Shown here piece by piece: positions 1-27,404 of a stretch of 64,000 nt of DNA. The stretch is from Lytechinus pictus (Eukaryota). The notes under the pieces are model-generated. The model saw only the letters and a program-made list of their open reading frames with translations. It made no database searches and was not told the DNA's origin. The position numbers and the translations under genes are program-made. Within the stretch, counting starts at the first letter, position 1, and each line of letters starts with the position of its first letter. The DNA is taken from the NCBI RefSeq assembly GCF_037042905.1, contig NC_087246.1, positions 20,150,001 through 20,214,000 on the forward strand. Direction: 5' to 3'.

Positions 1-914
1 TTCGAGAAGGGAATGAACTGGTGATCGATATCGCGTTGATTTAATTTCTTTTCAATTTGAACGTACGAATCAATAATAATGGCAGTACAAATCAAGGAGC
101 AAAAAAGAAAAATAAACGTATAATTAAAACGGACAGTGTTATTATTTGTAGGCCTATTTGTGATTCACAAAGTCAATACTATATAGATATTGTAATTATC
201 ATTCAACACGAATTGGAAGAGGTATAGGGGTACATTGGACACAAATAATATTCAGCTGTATTTGGTTCCAGGGGCCTAGTGTGTTTCTTGTTACTATACG
301 GGTTGAAGCTATTCATGGGGTATGATGTAATCGTCCCATTGAGCATATTACGTTGTGTTCGATGTGAAGGAGAAAACTATCCCCAGAAAATTGTACGAAT
401 TTATTAATTTTTGTATCTAACAGATGTAAATTAGGCCAATTTACTGAAAGTATGTAAATGTTTTTTTCTGTGTCAATGTATTGGCAGCTAAATTTTGATA
501 AAACGCTTAGAACTTGGGATAACATTCATCTCCGATTTTTTTTCCGACTAAACCCCTTCCCCCCTCTCTCACCTTCACTCATCTCTCTCCCACACACATT
601 TCTCCACAATGTTGTTTCTTAGTATTCAAAACATTTTTTTTGTATGTCTACTCGATATTTCAAATAGAAAAAAAAAATCAGAGCAGAGTACGGAGAAGAT
701 GGGGGGGGGGGGGAACAGATCAAAGACTAAAGAAGGGGGATATAATATATGCCTATACACTCTAGATTTTAAGGGATCTAAGATAAATAGGGACCAGCCG
801 AATATTGGATTTATTTCTAATCTTTATGATAAACTTATTAAAATCTTTTAGCCTTATATTTCAATCCACAAGTTTAAATATAAATCTAATATTCGAATTA
901 TAATATTATGCCTA

Positions 915-1275
915 TACACTATAAATATGAAGATCCAGATCGGTTGTGAATAGGGACCAGCCGAATATTATTTTGATTCGTTTCTGATCTTTAGGATTAA
1001 CTTATTCAAATCTTTTATTGAATCCACAAGGTTAAAATGTAGTATTCGAATTGTCCCTATTCACATATGGGGGCCGTTTCATAAAGCTGTTCTTAATTTA
1101 AGAGCGACTTTAAGAACGACTGGTGAACCCTTATACGCGCTAAACAATAGCCAATTCAATACCATGTACCACAATAAAGGATCACCAGTCGTTCTTAAAG
1201 TCGCTCTTAACTTACGAACAGCTTTATGAAACACCCACCCGATCTGGATTTATTTTAAATCTTCTAAATTACAGA
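915..1275. mobile_element. MITE interrupted by a second MITE; preceded by a partial tandem copy at about 750-900
   Basis: ATCCAGATCGGTTGTGAATAGGGAC (933-957) pairs with GTCCCTATTCACA (1053-1065) plus CCGATCTGGAT (1239-1249), which are separated by the insert. Confidence 0.6.
1069..1238. mobile_element. Harbinger/PIF-like palindromic MITE, copy 1
   Basis: About 60-bp TIRs: GGGGGCCGTTTCATAAAGCTGTTC...GAACAGCTTTATGAAACACCCACC. A second copy lies at 21571-21754. Confidence 0.75.
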
Positions 1276-1499
1276 GAGAGAGAGAGAGAGGAGAGGGGGG
1301 GTGTGGAGAGGGAGGGGAATATAAGACAAAGTTAAGCGGGGGGTCGAGGGAGGGGGTTTTGTGAAAGCGTTTTCTTAGTGTGAAGTCCCTGAAAGAGAAC
1401 TCCGTAATATATTCGCGTAGATATCTGCCGCACACCACAAAAATAAAATAGTTCATCATACCCCCATTCATAATAACAAGGGGGGCATTCCCTTCACTT

Positions 1500-1875
1500 C
1501 TACGGTTCAGTGCTCCGGCGCGCGCCTCTTGTCGGCCGGCCGGTCTGGATTCCCGTGGCAACAGGGTAACACGGGGAGTGATTCACCTGATCATTGTCTG
1601 CAGTCGGAGGTATTACGTAATCGTATTTGAACTCCTCTCTGTGTCTCGAACTCGAGCTAAATTTGGGATCTCTCATCATCAGAGAAGCCCGGGAATCTCC
1701 AGCAAAATGGTGTTGATAGGTGGATATAAAAAAGAGGGCTGGTCCGGTGGATCGGAGATCACATTCCATTTCAACTTTTTCCTCATTGGTGATTCCAGCT
1801 GCTTGCTTGCATGGGCTTCACCGAAGAGTTTCAAATTTTATTGAAAACGGAACAGATTTTCATCGTTATATTTCG
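1500..1875 (+). promoter_or_regulatory. Putative promoter and non-coding first exon of the ABCC10-like gene
   Basis: Local GC/CpG-rich patch at about 1510-1580, TATAAAA at 1725-1731, a strong donor (TTCG|GTGAGT) at 1875/1876, and candidate acceptors at 5089 and 5098 just upstream of the ATG at 5129. There is no transcript evidence. Confidence 0.45.
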
Positions 1876-2264
1876 GTGAGTCACCTGTCCTTTCGTATTC
1901 CTGCTAGAATAAAATTACCTCTTGGATTAGTCAATCTTCTATTTATAAATATGCTTTTAGATATTAAAAAATCCGAAGCCGCTCAAAATGAAGATATGAT
2001 CGTAATTATGAATAGGCTTACTTATCTATAGAGACTTTGAATTTGTTTTTCCATTTATTTAAAGTATATATCTCATAGTATACTTGACTTTTCTCTTATT
2101 CATCAGTATATTTCACGATTTGTCTGTTAATTTATTAATGTATTTTGAGACATACATTTTCAGGGGACAATTTCTACCTCAAATCAATTAACGTGATTTA
2201 TCTATACTTATTTATTAATTTATCATTTGAATTATTTGTCTATCCTTTCGTTAATTTGCTCGTT

Positions 2265-2336
2265 CATTCATTCATTCATCCATCCATCCATCCATTCATT
2301 CTTTCTTTCATTCATTCATTCATTCATTCATTCATT
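2265..2336. repeat. (CATT)n/(CATC)n microsatellite
   Basis: Read directly from the sequence. Confidence 0.9.
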
Positions 2337-3204
2337 CCGTTTATTCGTTTACAATCCTACCCATCATTATTTTATCTTGAAAGGAGTATTATTATATTGT
2401 AGTGATATTGGTAGTTGATGCAGAGACATCGATCTTAGGGACGGGGGGGGGGGGCAAAATATCTTATTATCCCAACTATCCTCTTAATATTCATTGGAAA
2501 GTGTGCCTTGATAATATTGCAAGTGATGTTTACTTTTGACAGTGGACAACAATTGCACTCTCAAATACACCATCTTATTTTCGTTCGCCACGAATTATAT
2601 ACCATAATAGCAACAACAAATTGTACATTCGGATGCATGAATGCAATTAGTCCTGTATCAATTGAATCCATTGTACTGGTATAGTGATATACTGCTATAC
2701 CGGTATATTTCATTTTCTGTATATCTTTGGAGTTATTACAATTTTGAATAATTTCCTTCAACCTCTCCTCTCCGCTCTGTCGTGATTTCACAAATAAGCA
2801 CAATTGATTCATATTCAATTTATTATTTAAACCCAAGTCATTTAACATTTTATGCGTAGACCCAATTTAAATGATAACGGAAGAAATTAATTGACAATGA
2901 ATTTTGCAATTTGATATGTATAGAAGGCTATGTACATGTATATACATTTTGTAAACATTTACGAATTTTAGTGGAAAGTTGATGCATATTGCTATTAAGT
3001 AATAGAATCACTAAATATCTTCATGTTGTCTGCCCTCCGTAAATCATCTCAAGATTCTGAGTGTAATAAAATCTGGTGTTAAGTTCTCTTCAGTTAGGTT
3101 AAAGAGACGATGGATCAGATGTGGTAGGGAAAACTGAATTGAGCCCTATTTTTCTTTCTACAGTATTCCTACCTATAGTCAGAATATGCTCACGTTTTAC
3201 GCCG

Positions 3205-4234
3205 TTTTTGTCTCACCTGCATAGCAGAGTGAGACTATAGGCGCCGCTTTTTTGACGGCGGCGGCGGCGTCAACACCAAATCTTAACCTAAGGTTAAGTT
3301 TTTGAAATGACAGCATAACTTAGAAAGTATATAGACCTAGTTCATGAAACTTTGCCATAAGGTTGATCAAGTATTACTGAACATCCTGCCTGAGTTTCAG
3401 GTCACATGACCAAAGTCAAAGGTCATTTAGGGTCAATGAACTTAGACCATGTTGGGGAATCAACATCAAAATCTTAACCTAAGGTTAAGTTTTTGAAATG
3501 TCATCATAACTTAGAAAATATATGGACCTAGTTAATGAAACTTGGACATAAAGTTAATCAAGTATTACTGAACATCCTGCTTGAGTTTCACGTCACATGA
3601 CCAAGGTCAAAGGTCATTTAGGGTCAATGAACTTTGGCCAAATTGGGGGTATCTGTTGAATTACCATCATAACTTTAAAAGTTTATGGATCTGATTCATG
3701 AAACTTGGACATAAGAGTAATCAAGTATCGCTGAGCATCCTGTGCAAGTTTCAGGTCACATGATTAAGGTCAAATGTCATTTAAGGTCAATGAACTTTGG
3801 CCAATTTTTGTTTGTTTGTTGAATTACCATCATAACTTTGAAAGTTTATGGATCTGATTCATTAAACCTGGACATAAGAGTAATCAAGTATCACTGAACA
3901 TCCTGTGCAAGTTTCGCGTCACATGATCAAGGTCAAAGGTCATGTAAGGTCATTGAACTTTGACCATTTTAGTGGGTAATTATTAGATTGATGTCATTAC
4001 TTTCAAATTTTGTAGATATAGTGTATATATAAAATGTGGATATAGGGGTAATCAAGTTTCACTGACAAGTTTTAGGTCACATGATCAAGGTCAAATGTCA
4101 ATGAACGTAGTATTTTTTCATTATATAAATGGTGTTTTTGTGAATAATTATTTGATAGTAGTTTTCAAAGTCAGCACTGCTGCTATATTGAATTGCGTGA
4201 TGCAGGTGAGACCGCCAGAGGCATTCCACTTGTT
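3205..4234 (+). mobile_element. Helentron-associated (HINE/DINE-1/pearl-like) element with 5 internal tandem units of about 160-190 bp
   Basis: 5' TTTTT followed by sub-TIR GTCTCACCTGC (3210-3220) and a (GGC)n microsatellite. Five GTCACATGA-containing units. 3' sub-TIR GCAGGTGAGAC (4202-4212), then a short GCC-AGA-GGC hairpin and a CACTTGTT end. Confidence 0.8.
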
Positions 4235-4260
4235 AGTGCTATAAATCAACGTCTGTTGAA

Positions 4261-4767
4261 AGGGGAAGTTCACCCAGAAGAAAAGTCTTGTGTAAAAATT
4301 ACCAGAAAAAGTAATAGTAAACATTGGTGAAGGTTTGAGGAAAATCCATCAGAGATTATAAGAAAGTTATTAGAATTTTAAGCTTTTGATTTGTAACGTC
4401 ATGTACGAGGAGAGCTGCCCCATAAAATGTAATATAATGATGCAAAACAAAATCAATATTTTAGTAGTTCGTAATTTTGTTTGCTCTCAGGAGCGGGTGC
4501 GAAATAACTTGTCTGTTGATAACTAAATGTACCATCATCACCATCATGTATCAAACCATTTTCATTTTTTTAGTGAAAATAACATTTCCTTGATTTTTTT
4601 TTACCATATGATGTGTGGGGAAGCTTCCCACATAATGACATGCATGACGTCACAAATAAAAATTTCTAATCTTTGATGGCTTTTCTTCAAATCTTTACCA
4701 TTTTTTAAATCATTATGTTTGGTGCTATTTTTTATAATAAACTTTTTTGTCAGGGTGAACTTCCCCT
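4261..4767. mobile_element. Kolobok-like (TTAA-target) MITE
   Basis: TIRs AGGGGAAGTTCACCC...GGGTGAACTTCCCCT; flanks are TGAA and TTAA. Confidence 0.8.
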
Positions 4768-5128
4768 TTAAGATAATATTCAAGTGAAACTTGCGCTGAT
4801 ACAGGGTTCATAAAAAGGGACACATAAAAATGGGAAAAGCTTTTACTGAATTTTTTGGTGAGCAAAGAAACAGAAAGAGGAGTTCCCAATATCGAAAACC
4901 GACTTTTCATCCCACGTTACTAGTAATATAAAGGAAGGGGGCTCCTATCATTTTATAAAGGAACATTTCTCACGGAAAGGGTATTCCCAATTAAAGTACA
5001 TGTTCCTGTGCCTCTGGATTGAACGATATGTAATTTGAATTATGACTATAATCATATTCATTTTGTTTTATTTCGCTTCATGATTCCAGTACCTGTAGGA
5101 CCATCGGGCGTCACCAAGTGCCACCAAG

Positions 5129-19480
<14,352 letters not shown>

Positions 19481-20239
19481 TCAAGTTATGATAACAGGCG
19501 TACAGATTAGGGGGAGGTGAACTTAGGGCACCCCCACTAACAAAAATCCATGAAAGAGAGAAGAAAAGAAAGGCCTTGATAAAATATGACACCCATTACG
19601 AAAATGTCCCGTTAAAAGCTCTCCGAGTTAGCCCTGGCAAACTCGGAATTGAAACATTGACTTCTCTGCAGCACCCACAAGAAACCTTATCATCCCCCAG
19701 ACCGCAGAATGCCCTCGGGTGCGATAAGGGCTTGATAACCACAGAATATACAACTACTGAATTCCAACTGAGCTGCATGGTTGAATAGCTCGATGGTTGA
19801 ATGAAACTCTCCTGTAACAAAAGTTGTCTGTTATAATGGAAAAGTTATTAACAAGAATTGGTATCCCAGAATAAGCTTTAAAGCATGTAAATTGAACTGG
19901 TAATAGATGAAATATACTCAAGAACCCTCTAAACACAGACATTATCAACTTGCATTTCGAAGGGAGTAGCCAAAATATGTTATTTACACAATAGTCATAG
20001 CCCATCACTGGTTCTTGGCTGTGGTTTTTAGTTTTACCGCAAGCTAGTGCTGATAAATCTGACTTGCTTGAAATTCTGGACATCATGATTCGTTTTCTTG
20101 TTAGTTATTTCATCTTCATTTTATGAATAGGACTTCTTAAATTGATAGCTATCCCAGATATAACTTTGAATGGCTGAAAAGGACCGAGTATAAGCCAAGA
20201 TATGTTATATTCAGTGTATATGTCTCTCTGCTGAGCGTG

Positions 20240-20356
20240 CTAACACGTTTGGCCTCGTTTAAATTGAAACATTGACTTCCGAGTTTCCCATGTAGGCAAT
20301 CTTCGGGAACTCGGAAGTCAGTGTTTCAATCTGAAAGACAGCAAACTCGTTATCAT
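20240..20356. repeat. Short palindromic element (MITE-like hairpin)
   Basis: ATTGAAACATTGACTTCCGAGTT...AACTCGGAAGTCAGTGTTTCAAT; a related half-site lies at about 19640-19665. Confidence 0.6.
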
Positions 20357-21112
20357 TGACTAGTCTAATTCATAGACCAGTATACTGTTCTATAAATGTA
20401 TTTTTGGTTTGTTATGTAAATGAGAGTGGTGTAAATCACTTCACAACTTTTAATTAAATGATGGAATTATGAGGTTTAGCGTGGCAATGATAATACTGAT
20501 AAATAATATTTCTTAAAGTATGAAAAATGAGATCGCAATAGATATTAATGAGTAAGCACTCATTAATTGCACAGATGGAAAGTGGAATCGATAGTGAAAC
20601 AGATAGGAGAATGAGGAAGAAGGGGGAAGAAGGAGGATCTGAGTCAGAAGGGAAGAAGAATTAAGAAGCAGAAGAGGAAGCAGAGGGAGAGAGGAAGAGA
20701 GAGTATGTAGATGGGATGGGGAGAGCCCGGGGGAGAGATGACAGGTGGCAGCAAAGAGGGAGAGCTAGATGATAAATCGCGCCTACAAAATGTCTGAGTA
20801 CCAGACTATCCAACCTATTAAATGGGTTTCATCGATGCGGTTAACTGTTGCCCACAAGGGACTACTTGTGTTTACTTTCTTCGATAAGCTTCTTGGAGTT
20901 GGAACTCTCCCCTCTTCCAAAGGCAATGACTCAAATTTTAAACGAGAGGTTTTCGTCATGCCGTTTTCTATATAATATCTAAAGATCTGTCACAAAATTA
21001 GATTTTTGCTTTAAAAAGTTAAGTGCTTTTGCACGCTTGCGACTCTTTAAAATTTATTCCCGTACGCCATGTTCCGCGATTTCCCTCTCCTCAAAAGTTT
21101 CATTCATTAAAC

Positions 21113-21463
21113 GGTTAACTGCCGATTGGTCTTTTGCCAATTCGTCCAATCATCACATGGTCTACCTTTATTTAGTCTAATGCCATTTCTTCCAATAATC
21201 ACTTTGTCTAATCACCAGTTCGTCTATGACCATTTCGTCTCGTAACCAGTTGGTCTAATACCAATTTTCTTTTAATTAATTTTGCCCAATTAACACTTCA
21301 TCCAATAGACAAAATGGTAAATGGACTAAAAGGCTTTTGGATCAACTGGTTATTAGACCAAGTGGTGACGAAATGGCAATTAGATCATGTGGATAGTGGA
21401 CGAACTGATGGTAGACCAAATGATAGTAGACGAGTTGGCATTGGACCAATTGGAAATAAACCC
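21113..21463. mobile_element. Degenerate foldback (Mutator-like) element made of ~16-bp subrepeats
   Basis: Left-arm units of the form CCA(N)TTCGTCTAAT and right-arm units of the form TAGACCAA/GACGAA in the opposite orientation. Confidence 0.6.
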
Positions 21464-21570
21464 ATTGACCCTTTGGTAGTGAGCGTGTCTCAGATGACAG
21501 TGTTGCTAATTATTAGGGAAATTCTATCTGAAGAAACTTTAAAAATATATTTACATTGTGATGGTTATCA

Positions 21571-21754
21571 GGGGGCCGTTTCATAAAGCTGTTCGTAAGT
21601 TAAGAGCGACTTTAAGAACGAGTGGTGATCCTTTCTCACATGCTTAATAATCACCAATGAAATTAATGGTGAATATCATTTACCAGAAGAAAGGATCACC
21701 AGTCGTTCTTAAAAGTCGCTCTTAACTTACGAACAGCTTTATGAAACACCCACC
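21571..21754. mobile_element. Harbinger/PIF-like palindromic MITE, copy 2
   Basis: Same TIRs as 1069-1238 with a different spacer. Confidence 0.75.
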
Positions 21755-23928
21755 TTGTCTTTGTCAAGTTCGCAAATGATCTCATATAAATCAAGTAATA
21801 TTTTACAGATTATGGCAAGATGGCCAAATCTTAGGAAAACGTATGCTGGTAAATTGAGCATCAGAGGAACCTGATCATTCCAATTCGGGAAATTTAGATT
21901 CGATTGCATATTGAAGGTTCATGTCCGCATTTTGAAGTGATGGATAATTTAATTTTATTTATTTTTTGTTAATGTATTACATACCTTTAAACATGTATAA
22001 AAATACAGTACACGAGTTGTGTTATGATATGTTTTCACTGCAAACAATTATGGTCAAAGGTACATTACTTCTTGTTTGGTAAAGGATGATTTTTTTTAAT
22101 ATAAAATCCGTTATGACGACTTTTTAAAAACAATTTAATACAATAAAACGAGGCTGGAACTCTTTAATTATTTTGAAATTGCTCAGGTAGCAATAAAAAA
22201 TGAGGCTGGATCCTTATTAAGTCAAAATTCAACATTTACAGTTTATTTTAATTTTCATAGATCTTCTTTCATGCATAATAAAAAGTGTGGTTATATGAAA
22301 ACTGTTATATTCTGTATCTAGGTTTAGGTCCTGGAGGGCATGTGCCTCTCTCTGGAAAAAAGGTTGTACTCTATTGTTTCCATTTATGAAGAGTATCCCA
22401 TTTTGGGAGTGATATCCTTTCCCCTTTTCGTAGAGAAAAAGCAATTTATTTCATTACCGGAGTAAGAACAGTTTTGTGTCAAAAAGTTTTGAAAAACCTA
22501 ACCTAATTGTTATACCCTAACCAATGATGCCATGAATTTACCCATGATATCGGTTTCTTTTTGTCTGATTCAACAATATAATCTATAGTCAAAATTTGCT
22601 GAAATTAAATCAGTAAGATTATTTTAAGATTTATCAGGTTCATTTTGAAAAAAAAATCACGGAGCTAAAGTTTAAAATAACAAATCAAAGGAATTGAAAT
22701 AGAATTGTATGGAACTTTTATTGTAGTAACGACTAGACCTACTGAATGTGTTTATAAATTAATATTTTCAGAAGAAATAAATTATTGAAACACAATTTAC
22801 TGCTTTTGTAATCTGATATTTCAGCGATTTCATTTTTTCTTCAATAATCAAAGAATAAAAGATGAATCATATTTCATTGTCATTTACATGAATGACAGTA
22901 AGCCTTGTATCATGTAAATAATTTCGATCATGATTCCTATAAATCAGTAATTTTGTGTTTTACGATTGATGTCGTATTAACCTACATCCTGGTTTGATGT
23001 TATAGATATTTTGTTTTTATCTTGAATAATGTATCAAAGTGTTCTTAGTTAAGTGGTTATTTTAATGAGCTGTTCGGAAAACGAATGTTTTTATATAAGA
23101 AAATTTATTACTGGTTAATAAATAATGGGATTTCAAATCTGGAAAACATAATGAAGACAGGCTCCTTTATTCTTTGTGTGAAAGGGAATTCAGACGATAG
23201 CAAATTGAAATCGCGGGAGAAACAGTGTGTGATGGATCTTGTAAAAATGAAGGGAAAACAAAGGGGAAAAATACGAATTAAAAGAGAAAAGAGAGAGGAA
23301 AAAAGGAGGACAAGGAGAAATAAGAGCGGGGATTTAGACAAGGACAATGCGAGAAGTAAAGATATAGAGACAGAGGGAGAGAGAGAGAGAGAGAGAGAGA
23401 GTATATTTGGGAGGAAGCGTGAGATGGGAGAAAGAAGGGGGGGGGGGGGGTAAGAGGGGAGAATGGAAGTAATACGGGGAGGAAATCTAAAATTAAAAGA
23501 ATAAGGGACACCAACTGTTATGATTATGCTTGGGCATAACAGACTAATGAGACACATTTACCAAAGTAATCTAGAACGTGCATTACACTTTATTATCGGA
23601 TAAGTGTAATCATATAGGTCTTCCCACGCCAAAAAAAGGTTACCACACCCCAATTGTCTAAATTTCTCTTCCGACAATCCAAAAATGTTAATCAATCTGT
23701 AACATATTTTTATGAACATAATTATACCTGATTTTACTTAGTCCATTCACATTCTGCTCTGTAAGGTCTTCTTGGTCGAAATTACCGACCAACCTAGTTT
23801 TGAATTGAGTACATTCTTCTTTAACTCTACTCTCTGTCACATTTACAAAGTAAAAGAGTGATACTATGGCCCTAATAATCTATCATAACTGTCCTTGTAT
23901 TCTTTTAACTCTTCCCATAAAGACAGAT

Positions 23929-26832
23929 TTAGTTGTGCACTCGACGAGGTTCACGAAATTCCAACGGCAGAGGGAAAAACATGGGTTCGATCACGAGCTC
24001 GTACATAAGATCGAATCTCGAGAACACCGGACGGTACTCTTCGATGACGAACGCCTCTTCTTCATAGGGCTCGATCGGCGTGCTCGTAACCAACATCCGT
24101 AATGTGGTTAACGGCGGACGAACTCCGCGACGGACGAAGTTGATGTCAAGAAACTCGAAGACATCGTGAATGACATGCCAACGAATGCGACCTCGAACCT
24201 CCAAGTGCCTGAGTCGAGGGCTGTCTCGAATTATGTCGATGAAGCCTCTGCCGTATAGTTTGTAGCACGGTGTCACGTCAATGACTACCTTTTCAACTGT
24301 CTGTGTATTTGGGAATGAAAATAACAGATAATAATAAAATGTAAATCGCATATAAAATTTGAGGAAAAAACTTCATAGGAGTAAACATTATACTGCCAAA
24401 CATATGACTTCCAGTACAGTTAATCAATTTTTAAACAGCACTATTCCATGTAGTAATACTATTTTGCCAGGGTGGTGTCACGGAGACAGGGCCTAGGCCT
24501 TGGGTCTAGTTGGGGAACCGAGTGGCCTGCAATTTTAAAGACAATAATGAAAAGAAGAAAGAAAGGAGACGTCAGGGTCGTGTAACTCAATTTTTACCCT
24601 AATTGAAACATAAAATACATCTCATCTTACCCTGACGCTGCGCGCCTGTCCCTGCCATTGACAAAAATTCCATTCTTTTTTTTTTTACAATTGCTTTAAT
24701 TATGATTCCCCCACATTAAAATAAGAAACGGCATCTTCTCTTGAAACAAACGTTTCAGTTATTACTGTTTGATTACAATTTTTGCATTCATTAAGATACA
24801 AATTAAACCGCTTATATTCAACGATATTGTCTAAAACGGGGATCATAATCTTTAACACCAAAATAACGAATAAAAAGATGAATTATACTCACGTTATTAA
24901 GATATCGTGAGATGTATTTCAGAGTCCTATCCGGTTGAAATGAATCATCGTTGTGTCCTACTACACTCAATATTTGAAGTGGCATCTGAGGTGTCAAAAC
25001 ACGCTGAATGTCGTTTAATCGAATGACCCCAATCAGAGAAAACTCTAGTTGACATTTCGACATCCTTCCGGAGAACGCCCTCCAAGCAGGTGTCCCTACG
25101 ATGTGGTTGAGGTTTTCTCCTCGAATGCACCTCACATGGAAGAATTCCAACAGTCCGTTGCTCTCCCGGGCTAGGTTCCTCAGAAGTTCGTCCGACAGAG
25201 CGGAGTAATTCATGGTCAACTGCACAAGATTTACAAATCGCGGTAAGGTTTCTGCAAATTCCGAACTTTGGTGGACGGGTGCTCCGGGACGAAACAGTTC
25301 TTCGATGTCAAGGGCTTTGAGAACTCTGGATGATTTCTCGCTTGCTGCTTGAAGTAACGCTGTTCCTTCTTCGCAAGTCATACCGCCGTAATTTAGATCC
25401 AAGTAGCGAAGTTTCGCCTGCCTACCCAGGAAGCGACGTGCTGATCGAATGATCCCTTGACGCGCTCGCCCTCCAGGTACCCCGCGAAAATGGACATGAA
25501 ATTTCAGCTCTGTCAGAGAGAGTTCCTTCAGTTGGACCCTCTGGCGGTACAGTTCGGCGAAGATGGCAGTGAAGGTGCGCTGGAATTTTCTTGCATGACG
25601 CAAGCTTCTTAGCCCACTTGATAGATGCAGACGGCTGAGAAAGCGACCAAGGATGCTCGCGTAGATGACATGGGAACGGTCTTTGAAGTTTCCCCGGAGT
25701 CTGATGATACGATGACGCCATAACCGTGGAGCCGCAAGAATCACTCGATTCCAGTTCTTGCAAACCTACAGATATGGAAACGAAAAAAATATATATATAT
25801 AAATTAAAGGTTATACTGTCTTTCCCCAATGATGTGATTGTAGTACAGCATTTGATAGAATGTAGAAAGAACCCAAGATATGATTAGCAACAACAGATAC
25901 AGGGGGGGGGGGGGCTGGTGGGTGGTATACTGTGCCCCTATGGATGGGATGATAATTTGCCACCTTTTTGGGGAAAATATTTTTTTTCCTTGAAACATTT
26001 TTTTGTTCCAGAGTGAAAATAAGATATATTTTGTATTAATTTTCTCTGTTGTCAGGTAATATTGCAGCGATTTTTCCCTCTTCTCATATTTGCCAAACAA
26101 TTCCCCTGGAACATTAGACATTACATTAAAATCATGTAAAAGAATAAATAAAAAGCCTAACCAGTGTCAGTAAACGATTTGTTTTTCTTAAATTCGGCTT
26201 GACAATCAGAAAATAAATTAAGACTTATGTCCAATAGTTTGATATGATTTATTATAAATAATAAAAGTCACACATTGGACTCCGGATTGGACTTGTTTCG
26301 TAATATTTCTGAGATTTAAGACTTGAATGCCCAAAGAATTAGTGTTCATAAAATGGAAGGGTAGGAGGCACATATTTCAACTTGGATATATAAAAAAAAT
26401 CTACCAATGAAGATCTCACTCTCAGTGCTCATTGAGTTCACGGCCACATCCTTTTTATTCTTCGACCTCTTAAATCTCTTAGAATGTCATTTTCTTTTAA
26501 GAAGATGCTGCTGAAAATGTTATTCATAAATTCAAAATTACCAGTGACATCTCGGATTTATCCCACTGCGTCAAGTAAGATGCTATTTTTGCCAAGACGA
26601 CATCGGGTGTATGATCCCAAGGTATCCTGTCCTCTTCCTCATCCTCTTCATCCCCTCCATCATAAAACTGTTCTCCCAACAGTTCTACATTAACTTGTTG
26701 TTGTGATGTACCGGGAATGTCATTTCCTCTGCATTCAAAGTGAAATGATACATCGTTTATGCAGACATCGTTTATCGGTAACTCATCTTCTCCGAGATAG
26801 ATTATGTCAGAATTTTGATCGGAGATTTCCAT
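23929..26832 (-). CDS. F-box protein with LRR/RNI-like C-terminal region (FBXO39/FBXL-like); 3 exons, 511 aa
   Basis: Exons 26832-26542, 25765-24893 and 24300-23929, with both introns phase 0 and GT-AG. The F-box spans intron 1: WDHTPDVVLAKIASYLTQWDKSEMSL|VCKNWNRVI..PRLWR. LxxLxL repeats follow (LKELSL, LRYLDL, LKALDI, LVQLTM, LRHLEV). Confidence 0.85.
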
Positions 26833-26989
26833 TGTTACATTATTAGGACTAATGGGCTCTTGATCATGATCATTGTTGTCCCTCAGATTATATTCTTCTT
26901 GGATATTTTGTGATATGGTTAGATCTATTTTCCCCTAATTAAAGTGGCATTTTCGCCGTTTACTGAAACTGTTGATGCCTTGTTTGATT

Positions 26990-27260
26990 ATACACACAGG
27001 ATGCTGGCACGGTCCGCAATACACCGGCACACGCCATTGGCTAAAAGTTACAGGTTGACATAGGAACGCTTCGCGACCATTGCTTCTTATTGGATAATCC
27101 GCGTTGGCCATTGTCGCGTCATAAACCTGTAGTGCGCATGTGCGAGTACGTCGAGTAGTATCAAAGGGAGTTACAGTAGCATCAGCGGCAACGTCGTGCA
27201 TGCATGCACGCATGAGAGTGCATCCCAAGCTATACTAGCATCGTGCATCGCATCATTTCG
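26990..27260. promoter_or_regulatory. CpG-rich putative promoter of the F-box gene
   Basis: CpG-dense patch upstream of the ATG, with ATTGG (CCAAT) boxes at about 27036 and 27088 and an NRF1/P3A2-like TGCGCATGTGCG at 27133-27144. Confidence 0.45.
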
Positions 27261-27404
27261 CATGGGGATAAAACCGTGAAATAGACAAGTGAGCAGCCTA
27301 CCAAGTGCATATAAGCTAGCCCATATTTTAAATCCCAAACCCCATGTTTGTACAGCCCTGTCTAAACCTATTTGAATTTTAAATGCCCATTAAATTTTAA
27401 TTAA

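Noticed and set aside
3270-4100. CRISPR-like or independent satellite array
   Set aside because: Eukaryotic context, no unique spacers or cas genes, and the array is enclosed by Helentron-type sub-TIRs.
23085-23557. Lys/Arg/Glu-rich and hydrophobic ORFs
   Set aside because: They come from a purine-rich (GA)n low-complexity tract downstream of the F-box gene.
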